DNA from: Candidatus Thorarchaeota archaeon
Lineage (GTDB): Archaea > Asgardarchaeota > Thorarchaeia > Thorarchaeales > Thorarchaeaceae
NCBI GenBank assembly: GCA_048882385.1
Contig: JBHLRQ010000078.1
Coordinates: 1-15,628, forward strand
Direction: 5' to 3'
Length of the DNA: 15,628 nt
This document shows, piece by piece, positions 6,354 to 14,021 of the stretch. The position numbers and the translations under genes are program-made. The first letter of the stretch is position 1. Each line of letters begins with the position of its first letter. Below the pieces are notes generated by a model. The model was not told where the DNA came from, searched no databases, and saw nothing but the letters and a program-made list of their open reading frames with translations.

Positions 6354-8117
6354 TTGCAGTACAAATTCTCAAGGAAGACAGCAATCATTCTTCTCATCAC
6401 AGCTGTTGTTGGATTTGTATTGTATAATGTAGCTCCCCAAGGGATAGAAGCCGGTCAATACAATGTGTATCTGGATTTAACTTCCGACAGTATTTCGGTT
6501 TCCGAAGTTTACAACATCACACTCCAAAAATATGGTTCTGAAAGTAGGTCATCGCATCTCTTGACCGGAATTTCGACAAATGTCACAGTGATGGTTCCTA
6601 ATTTGGTCGTGATTGAAACTCACAATCCACTAACTGTTACTATCAATGCGACTGGAAACCCAATCGCTGCTGAGGACATTCTACTAACACTGTCAAATGA
6701 AGATGGATTTAATTTTGTCTTACGAGTAACCAAGCAATCCGGCCAGTTCTTCACCATTGAATATCAACCCCTAGTTAAATCTCAGGCTGCAGTAATGATA
6801 CTGGTTGTCGTAGCTATCCTCTGGTTCTCTGAAGGAATCAGTCTGGTTGCGACATCTCTCATGATCCCAATTCTCATTGTTCTATATGATATTCAAACCC
6901 CTCAGACCGCACTAGCCCCATTCTTTGATCCAGCTGTCGCCCTCATCTTTGGAGGATTTCTCATTGGTCGGGCTCTTACAAAGTATGAGTTAGATAAGAG
7001 ACTTGCATTACTCATAATATCCCATAGTGCAGGTTCTGGCTCAAGTCTAATTCTAACAGTGATGGGAGTTACAGCCTTCCTTTCGATGTGGATAAGTAAC
7101 ACAGCCTCTGCTGCAATCATGATACCAATAGCACTAGCAGTAATCAGTCGGATTAGAAGCACTGAAACTCGTGATAAATATGGTAAAGCACTTGTCCTCG
7201 GAGTTGCCTATTCAGCAACTCTTGGTGGGGTTGCTAGTCTAGTAGGATCTCCACCTAACCCCTTAGCTGCGACTTACATCAACGCATTTCTTGGAGCTGA
7301 ATTTTCATTCATGAGCTGGATTCCTTTCGGACTTCCAGTTGTGGTTATAATGTTGCCAATCATTTGGCAGTGGGTTATGATTCGCTTCAAAATACCCAAG
7401 AGTATTGCAGAAATGAACGAGCTCAAAGAGGTTTCATATAACGAATATCTTAAACTCGGGCCAATGCCAACACAACAGAAGCTTGTCGTTGCTGTTTTCC
7501 TCTCTGTGATTGTCCTTTGGTTTACAGAGAAACTCCCAGATTTCATATCTGCAGCAATAGGTTGGTCCGGGCATGGAATATCTAGTGCCATTGTTGCACT
7601 AATGGGAGGTTTAGCGTTGATGATGCTACGTCTTCTTGATGAAAATGATGTGTCATCTGGAATCAGCTGGTCTTCACTTTTAATTCTAGGAAGTGGTATT
7701 GCACTAGGGGGTGCCATGATTGACACTGGTCTCTCAGCATTCATTGCTCAACAGATGGGAGGTCTCGGAATGTTTCCACCATTTCTTGTCATCATAATAA
7801 TCGGATGTATTGCGGTTCTTGTTACAATGGTGGCATCTAATACGGGAGCAGCTGTTATTCTTATCCCGATAGCCATTCCCCTTGCAACAGGTCTTGGAAT
7901 AGACCCATTGTTAATAGTCATGGTAATTGCTATTGCTGTATCAATGGACTTTGCTCTTCCCACTGGTACTCCACCTTCAACAATTGCTTATAGCACTGGT
8001 AAAGTGGAAATGAGAGAGATGATAACAACAGGTCTGATTGTAGATCTGATTGCAATCATTGTTGTAACATTAGTGGTGGTCTGGCTATGGGGTCTGTTTG
8101 GTCTTATAGTGCTGTAG
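6354..8117 (+). CDS. DASS/SLC13-family divalent anion:sodium symporter with an inserted extracellular domain
   Basis: DASS motifs 'WISNTA', 'GSPPN', 'ASNTG' and 'LPTGTPPS' plus many TM helices. TTG start with an AAGGTG RBS, 19 nt after the previous stop. Confidence 0.92.
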   Translation: MQYKFSRKTAIILLITAVVGFVLYNVAPQGIEAGQYNVYLDLTSDSISVSEVYNITLQKYGSESRSSHLLTGISTNVTVMVPNLVVIETHNPLTVTINATGNPIAAEDILLTLSNEDGFNFVLRVTKQSGQFFTIEYQPLVKSQAAVMILVVVAILWFSEGISLVATSLMIPILIVLYDIQTPQTALAPFFDPAVALIFGGFLIGRALTKYELDKRLALLIISHSAGSGSSLILTVMGVTAFLSMWISNTASAAIMIPIALAVISRIRSTETRDKYGKALVLGVAYSATLGGVASLVGSPPNPLAATYINAFLGAEFSFMSWIPFGLPVVVIMLPIIWQWVMIRFKIPKSIAEMNELKEVSYNEYLKLGPMPTQQKLVVAVFLSVIVLWFTEKLPDFISAAIGWSGHGISSAIVALMGGLALMMLRLLDENDVSSGISWSSLLILGSGIALGGAMIDTGLSAFIAQQMGGLGMFPPFLVIIIIGCIAVLVTMVASNTGAAVILIPIAIPLATGLGIDPLLIVMVIAIAVSMDFALPTGTPPSTIAYSTGKVEMREMITTGLIVDLIAIIVVTLVVVWLWGLFGLIVL

Positions 8118-8133
8118 TGCATCTATGCTTTTC

Positions 8134-8148
8134 ACGAAGGGTTTAAAT
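8134..8148 (+). promoter_or_regulatory. Putative BRE/TATA promoter
   Basis: CGAAGGG followed by TTTAAAT (8142-8148), then an AAGGTG RBS at 8171-8176 before the ATG at 8184. Confidence 0.55.
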
Positions 8149-8183
8149 CGTTACTACGAGCGAATCTGACAAGGTGCCAAAGT

Positions 8184-8954
8184 ATGAGTTGGATCGCAAA
8201 GATAATCGATGGAAATCCTGACGATCACACCCATGCAAAACTCGTGAAGTATGGTATTGGTGAGCATCCAGGTCCCAGAACAAAACTGACGATCAGTAAA
8301 CCAAGCATCAAATTCAAAGCCGATCTTGATCAGGAGAAAGACCTGCTGAAAGGCTATCTTTTAGGTGCTCCAGAAGGTTCACATAAGGTGAAAGGTCAGA
8401 TCATAACATATACTGACCTAACAAAAGAATATGGTTCCTTGATGATGCCTCTTGATTGGAAGAAGTCAAAGGGCAAAGGCACACCTGTTTTCAAAGCAAA
8501 AGTCGATGAAGTAGCTCCACTTAAAGATATCAAAGCACTGTTTGAGTTGGATGACCCCACAACATTCTACCTTCTGTCAATTAATCCTCGAGACGGATCT
8601 AAACCATGGAAGGTGGCAACGAAGACATCTTTCCCAAAGGGTGGACCCAAAGAAGAGGATGAAGAGAAGGGAGAAAAAGACCCTGTATTCACAAAAGGGG
8701 CACTAGGTAACATTCCTGAAGTGTTGGAGTTTATCCTAGATACTTACCTTCCTGAAGTCAAAGACAAAATTGGACCAAAAACAAAGAACATTACCATACG
8801 AAACAACATTGATATAATGGACATCGAGATTCCTGATGACCCAAGTCTTAGTTTCTCTGAAAAACGAAGATTGGCAAAGAAACGAGGTAAACTATTTCGC
8901 TCAATCTCTATTGATGAAGCAGAATACTCCTTTGAATACGACTTCCTAGCATGA
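8184..8954 (+). CDS. Hypothetical soluble, lysine-rich protein
   Basis: 256-aa ORF with a promoter and RBS. No catalytic motif recognised. It has an acidic loop (EEDEEKGEKD) and a basic C-terminal segment (EKRRLAKKRGK). Confidence 0.8.
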   Translation: MSWIAKIIDGNPDDHTHAKLVKYGIGEHPGPRTKLTISKPSIKFKADLDQEKDLLKGYLLGAPEGSHKVKGQIITYTDLTKEYGSLMMPLDWKKSKGKGTPVFKAKVDEVAPLKDIKALFELDDPTTFYLLSINPRDGSKPWKVATKTSFPKGGPKEEDEEKGEKDPVFTKGALGNIPEVLEFILDTYLPEVKDKIGPKTKNITIRNNIDIMDIEIPDDPSLSFSEKRRLAKKRGKLFRSISIDEAEYSFEYDFLA

Positions 8955-9019
8955 GTTCAAGAATAATGTTTAAATTCGAAACCACTGCGGCTCCTATAAG
9001 AAAAGAAGAGGCTTAACAT

Positions 9020-9220
9020 ATGCTCCAAGGATTTGAAGGATATTATTACCCATTATCAATCGTTTTCCTATTCCTAGGTATATTTGCTCTAGGTTGGATG
9101 ATTATACACATTGAGCACGGTCGCCACTTCTCTAAATTCAAAGTAGGCTCTGCCCTCGTTTTAGGTGCACTCCTCCTTGGTTTTGGTATTCATTTCCTCT
9201 TATTGTCCTCTGGTATGTGA
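9020..9220 (+). CDS. ost5: OST5/TMEM258-like two-TM protein (oligosaccharyltransferase accessory subunit homologue)
   Basis: 66 aa with two TM helices. 'LSIVFLFLGIFALGW' and 'LLLGFGIHFLLLSSGM' align without gaps to the two helices of human TMEM258 as I recall them ('LTVVLLAIGMFFTAW', 'LFMGFGVLFLLLWVGI'). It has its own TTTAAAT (8969-8975), a GAGG RBS and a downstream T-tract. Confidence 0.75.
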   Translation: MLQGFEGYYYPLSIVFLFLGIFALGWMIIHIEHGRHFSKFKVGSALVLGALLLGFGIHFLLLSSGM

Positions 9221-9222
9221 GG

Positions 9223-9238
9223 TTTCGTTTTTTTCTCT
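9223..9238 (+). terminator. Archaeal-type oligo-T terminator
   Basis: TTTCGTTTTTTTCTCT immediately after the TGA at 9218-9220. Confidence 0.6.
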
Positions 9239-9333
9239 CCATTATGAACGAAATACCATTATTTAGTAAGCAAACAAACTAGATACGCTTCCTAACAGAG
9301 GATTGCAGATTTGTAGGATAAGAGGATTAGCAC

Positions 9334-10521
9334 GTGTTACTTGAGCCTGAAATTCAGAAAATGGCAGTTGAAAGCCGCCAAAGATTAGTCGAGGAGTTTG
9401 CAGAAAAATATGCCAATCTGAGAGAGCGTATAAGACGGGTTCCTGAAGCAGATGCTGAGAAGATTTCAAAATCTCTCTCTTGTCCCCTGGAAGTTGCAAT
9501 GATTGCATATTTGATTAATATGGATGGTATAATGACAGTCAAGAAGGCTGTTGGCCATCTTAGTGATGAGCTTGAACGTAGGGCAAAGGTTGACGAAGAT
9601 GTACCGAATCTCCCTGGAAACATCATGGAGTTTGCCCTTGTTGAGGGTCGATGGATCTCTCATATCTATGGTAGTTTTGGTAGGCAAATTGAACTGAAAA
9701 CTCGGGAACTTTCTAATCTCGAAGAAGCAATAGAGGCAAACGCAATTGAGGTCGAGAAGGCTCTCTCAATAATTGCAGCCAGAACCAAAATTTCTGAAAC
9801 CTTCATTGCTCCTGTACTGGATGAATGGTTGAAAGAGCACCCAAAAGCGAACAGTATGGATGCCTTGTCTACTTTTGGTCAAGCAATCACAAAATGGAAT
9901 CGGAATACACTCACTGGTAAGTTTATTCAGGTCCAACGGAGAAATCAAGCACTATTTCGTGTTCTCAGGGAGAGTTTGTTAACTACATCTGAATCCTATA
10001 CAATGGATGCATCAATCGAACGTTTGGACACACTGATTGAGGAACTTGGAAGTCCCTTTGAAGAAATGACGCTAAGAGCAACCTCACATCTGCTCTTGCA
10101 TATCGTACCTCGCCAAGTAACTAGTAGAGGTGATCGTTCGCCCTACGTGTCAATAGGTGTTACTTCCACAAGAGGCAACAAAGCTGAGCCAGACCTAACA
10201 TCTCCATTTGATTTTCTTGAACGTGATGTCAAACTGGCTAAGCGTCGAAGGGGTAAAGAGCGCGAGGAGTATCTCAAAGAGAAAATATCTCGTGTCCTTC
10301 GTGTGCTCAAGTACCAGGAGAGCACACCGCCAGAAGCACTTGAAAAATGTCTAACTGAAATTGTAGACCGATTGGAACTTGAAAATGTCCCTCTAGATGA
10401 AGAGATTGCATCTTCGAAAGTGAAGATTGATAATGCACCAGAATCAGAACGTGAAAAACTGGCGATGCGGCTGATCTATAACTTCGTTACATCATTTGCG
10501 TACGGAGAGGAGAGCCTTTGA
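9334..10521 (+). CDS. Hypothetical, predominantly alpha-helical soluble protein
   Basis: 395-aa E/L/R/K-rich ORF. The GTG start follows AGAGGA; an alternative ATG lies at 9361. No motif recognised. Confidence 0.8.
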   Translation: MLLEPEIQKMAVESRQRLVEEFAEKYANLRERIRRVPEADAEKISKSLSCPLEVAMIAYLINMDGIMTVKKAVGHLSDELERRAKVDEDVPNLPGNIMEFALVEGRWISHIYGSFGRQIELKTRELSNLEEAIEANAIEVEKALSIIAARTKISETFIAPVLDEWLKEHPKANSMDALSTFGQAITKWNRNTLTGKFIQVQRRNQALFRVLRESLLTTSESYTMDASIERLDTLIEELGSPFEEMTLRATSHLLLHIVPRQVTSRGDRSPYVSIGVTSTRGNKAEPDLTSPFDFLERDVKLAKRRRGKEREEYLKEKISRVLRVLKYQESTPPEALEKCLTEIVDRLELENVPLDEEIASSKVKIDNAPESEREKLAMRLIYNFVTSFAYGEESL

Positions 10522-11294
10522 ATTTAGAACAGAACCCTCTCTACTGGTTAATTGAGATTGAAACTTACGATTATGATATAGGCGTTCTTAGAGGTGCTGA
10601 CCTGACAGGCAAAGTTCTGATTCTATCCAGTCAACTTTGGTCGATTATCCGAGGAACAAGAGTCTACTCAATACTGATAGGACCAGGACTATTCAAGGGC
10701 ATCGGAACAAAGGGGAATATTCGTGTGGATGTACTTGAGCATCTGTCAGCATTGATGTTTGATCCAACAATGATACGTTATGATGAACCACTACCACAGG
10801 TTGACATTGTATCTCCTGAGGTCATTGACCCCCTTGGTGAGAGGGAAATTGAAGAGATTGTAACTTTAATCCGCAATCTTGTTGTGGAGAAAGGAAATGT
10901 ACTTACTGCAGATCCACTTGCCACAGTTCAGTCCAAAGCTAATGTTCCAAGAACAGCGCACTATGAGGAGGTATTCGAAAGAATCAACGTTTCCCATGTT
11001 TCTGGTGTTCAACGTGCGAAATTTATCCTGGCAGGAACAAACAGTCCGATGTACAAACCTTTTGTCGAGTACTTTGAGAATCGAAAATTCTGGAACCATC
11101 AAAATACAACGGTAATGGCGACTCCATTCTTCAAATTCAGTAGTTTTGCTGATATTGATGTGATGTCTGACTGGATGATTGTAGAAAAAGCTGGAATGGA
11201 CACAAAGACTGGGATTGAGGCTATTGCAGAAGAATTCGATCGTACACTAGGTAAGGTAGAGATAGAAAAAGAGCACTATATCTTTGAACTATGA
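10518..11294 (+). CDS. Hypothetical protein translationally coupled to the upstream gene
   Basis: 258 aa. The TTG start overlaps the upstream TGA (TTGA, 4 nt) and is preceded by GGAGAGGAG. No family recognised. Confidence 0.78.
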   Translation: MNLEQNPLYWLIEIETYDYDIGVLRGADLTGKVLILSSQLWSIIRGTRVYSILIGPGLFKGIGTKGNIRVDVLEHLSALMFDPTMIRYDEPLPQVDIVSPEVIDPLGEREIEEIVTLIRNLVVEKGNVLTADPLATVQSKANVPRTAHYEEVFERINVSHVSGVQRAKFILAGTNSPMYKPFVEYFENRKFWNHQNTTVMATPFFKFSSFADIDVMSDWMIVEKAGMDTKTGIEAIAEEFDRTLGKVEIEKEHYIFEL

Positions 11295-11350
11295 TGCAAC
11301 CGAAAGTGTCTTTGGTGCTTTATTTTGCTCATCAATTGAGGCTATAATAG

Positions 11351-13969
11351 TTGGAAATTGCTGACGCTGATATTCAGAAGAGACTTGCAAAACCTTACAC
11401 ACTTGTGATAAGAGAAAGCAAGCAGGAAATGTCAGCTCGAATTGATGTCTTCTCAGATGTTTTACGAAACCGTCAGCGGTCCATGCTAGGGGGCTTAATT
11501 GAATTTGGTCATCGTCAATCGGGTCTTTTGGAAATCAAACGTTTCTGGTTTGTGAAATATAACAAACCAGTCTATTACCAGGAAAAGGAAGCCCATGAGA
11601 TACTCAGAAAAGCAATACACATCATTATCCCTAGAGAACAGAAACCTGATTTCCTAAATGACCTCAAAGATTTGCTCTCTCGCCTCAAGACTCAACAACC
11701 ACGTATTGTTCCAACCTGTCAACATTGTTTCCGTGAAGACAGATTATCAGTCTTAACAAAACGAAATGCAGTCAAAATAACTGAGAATCAAGTGGTATGT
11801 ACTACCTGTGGTCAGAGTGATCTCAAAACTGAGTTAAAGACTCTGGGGATTCATCTCTCACGAGCCATGCTTAGCCAACTGGAAAAGCAAGTCACTAGAA
11901 TCAAGTCTGTTCCCAGACTCATAGACATGATGACTCCTGGATTTGATCCTACACAAGAGCCTGACCTTACATTAATTGATACAGTGGTTGCTGAGGATGC
12001 AGGCAAAACGAAAAAGATTGATGAACTGCCCATCCCAGATGGCTTTAAAGAGATTCTTGTGTCTAGTGGACTCGAATATCTTCTGCCTATCCAAAGGAAA
12101 GTCGTTGAAGCTGGGCTCTTTAAGGATACCAACATGCTCATTGTTTCTTCAACATCATCTGGAAAGACTCTACTTGGCGAGCTTGCTGGCATTCCCAAAG
12201 CAATGAAGAGGAAGAAGATGATCTATATGTCCCCTCTTGTTGCTTTGACAAACGAAAAGTATGAGCAGTTTCGTAAAAGCTACAAAAAACTTGGATTGCG
12301 CGTCGGAATTAAGGTAGGTATGTCACGTCTTGATGTCGGTGATGAAGGAAAACCCATTGTTGATACTGACATCAAGAAAGCGGATGTTGTGTGTGCGACC
12401 TATGAAGCACTTGACCTGATATTTCGTTCTGGTTCAACAAACGATCTAGGTGATGTAGGAACTGTAATTATAGATGAGATTCAAAATCTTGCTGACCCAG
12501 AGAGAGGACCTGAGCTTGATGGTCTTCTCGCACGGATGAGATTTCATTACCCACGAGCACAGTATCTAGCACTATCTGCAACAGTTGGATCGCCTGAGAT
12601 TCTGGCGAAGGAGTTAAAGCTAAAGCTTGTCAATTATGAGGGACGCCCTGTTCCACTCGAGCGACATCTTGTCTTTGCGCGAACTGATGAGGAGAAGCGT
12701 TCTATAATCCGCCGACTGGTGAATGAAGAGTTTCGTCATGTGAGTAGTACTGGCAACAAGGGGCAATCTATAATATTCACGTATTCGCGACGGAGGGCGC
12801 ACGCACTAAGTGATTGGCTCCGAGAACACAGAGTTTCTGCAGCAGTCTATCATGGAGGTCTCTCATATTCAAAGAGACGTCAGGTTGAGCGTTCATTTTC
12901 CAAGCAACGACAATCGAGCATCGTTACTACTGCAGCTCTTGGTGCTGGTGTTGATTTAGCTGCATCACAGGTCATTTTTGAATCGCTTGCGATGGGTGCA
13001 GAATGGCTATCTACTGCTGAGTTCGAGCAGATGCTTGGTCGAGCAGGTAGATTAGGAAAGCATGACCGTGGAAAAGTCTACATTATTGTCCAACCGGAGA
13101 GAAAATATCACAGTGGACAAGATAAGACTGAAGATGAGATTGCAGTAGAGCTACTCAATGGTGTTATTGAGGATGTTGAGCCCTTTGCTGATAAAGAAAC
13201 AAGTTCTGAGCAGCTCCTAGCAACAATCTGTTCTACAGGACTTGTTGAACTCAAACCTGTAGCGTTAGCGTACAAGCGAATGCTCTCAATGTCAGTACCT
13301 CCCTCCGAAGCTCTGAAACATCTCGTTCGAAAACACATGATTCGGGTGAAGGACGGCGGTGCCTATCCAACCAATCTCGGTAGAGCAACATCACTGTCAT
13401 TCCTACCTCCTAGTCTAGGACTTGAAGTAATGAAGCTGACAGCATCCTACGATGTTATTGATATTGCAGTCATACTTGAGCCCTTTGAGAATGTATACCT
13501 CAGCAATAAACTTCAGGAAGAGATCAACTCTGCCTTCAGGACTCATATGCCCACACGACTTTTCTCTGGAGTCTTTAACGAAATCAGTGATTTAAGCAAG
13601 CCAAAAGGTGGAGCAGGAAGACTCCCTCAGTGGGTCTTTGAGGTCTTTGGAAAGTGGACAACCACGTTCTTCAACTGTGGATGCCGTGACTATCCTGAGT
13701 GTGACCATGGGAAGATTGTCTTTGGTCGGTGGCTTGTAGAAAAGAGGAAGGAGGGTCTCAATCCTTCTGGACTAGCGAAGAAACTCCATGATGAATTTGA
13801 GCTCTGGTCATATCCTGGCGACATCTTCTCATGGTTGGATTCGTTGATTCACAACCTTAAAGCTGTTCAGAGAATTGCGAATGTTGCTGGGAAGACAGAC
13901 CTAAGTGTTGAGATTGATGGACAAATCGCTAGTATTGAGCGTCCCTTAGAACAGGAATCTCAGAATTGA
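11351..13969 (+). CDS. Archaea-specific SF2 Ski2-like helicase (ASH-Ski2 / COG1202 / DUF5814 type)
   Basis: Q-motif 'LLPIQ', motif I 'SSTSSGKT', Ia 'PLVALTNEKY', II 'DEIQ', III 'SAT', V 'TAALGAGVD' and VI 'QMLGRAGR'. It also has an N-terminal CxxC..CxxC (CQHC, CTTC) and a C-terminal 'FFNCGCRDYPECDHG...YPGD' domain typical of this family. TTG start. Confidence 0.9.
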   Translation: MEIADADIQKRLAKPYTLVIRESKQEMSARIDVFSDVLRNRQRSMLGGLIEFGHRQSGLLEIKRFWFVKYNKPVYYQEKEAHEILRKAIHIIIPREQKPDFLNDLKDLLSRLKTQQPRIVPTCQHCFREDRLSVLTKRNAVKITENQVVCTTCGQSDLKTELKTLGIHLSRAMLSQLEKQVTRIKSVPRLIDMMTPGFDPTQEPDLTLIDTVVAEDAGKTKKIDELPIPDGFKEILVSSGLEYLLPIQRKVVEAGLFKDTNMLIVSSTSSGKTLLGELAGIPKAMKRKKMIYMSPLVALTNEKYEQFRKSYKKLGLRVGIKVGMSRLDVGDEGKPIVDTDIKKADVVCATYEALDLIFRSGSTNDLGDVGTVIIDEIQNLADPERGPELDGLLARMRFHYPRAQYLALSATVGSPEILAKELKLKLVNYEGRPVPLERHLVFARTDEEKRSIIRRLVNEEFRHVSSTGNKGQSIIFTYSRRRAHALSDWLREHRVSAAVYHGGLSYSKRRQVERSFSKQRQSSIVTTAALGAGVDLAASQVIFESLAMGAEWLSTAEFEQMLGRAGRLGKHDRGKVYIIVQPERKYHSGQDKTEDEIAVELLNGVIEDVEPFADKETSSEQLLATICSTGLVELKPVALAYKRMLSMSVPPSEALKHLVRKHMIRVKDGGAYPTNLGRATSLSFLPPSLGLEVMKLTASYDVIDIAVILEPFENVYLSNKLQEEINSAFRTHMPTRLFSGVFNEISDLSKPKGGAGRLPQWVFEVFGKWTTTFFNCGCRDYPECDHGKIVFGRWLVEKRKEGLNPSGLAKKLHDEFELWSYPGDIFSWLDSLIHNLKAVQRIANVAGKTDLSVEIDGQIASIERPLEQESQN

Positions 13970-13978
13970 GTCAGAGAA

Positions 13979-14018
13979 TTTAATACATAGCTCATAAATT
14001 TCTAGATTTGGCGTGGTG
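13979..14018 (+). promoter_or_regulatory. Putative TATA box and RBS of the Asp-box gene
   Basis: TTTAATA at 13979-13985 and GTGGTG at 14013-14018, upstream of the ATG at 14022. Confidence 0.45.
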
Positions 14019-14021
14019 TGA

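Noticed and set aside
4943-7963. Antisense ORFs within the MFS and DASS genes (e.g. 7274-7744)
   Set aside because: These are typical shadow ORFs opposite hydrophobic coding sequence.
9297-9332. Short direct repeat AGAGGATT(A)GCA upstream of the 395-aa gene
   Set aside because: Only two short copies, one of which is the RBS. It could be chance and is not an array.
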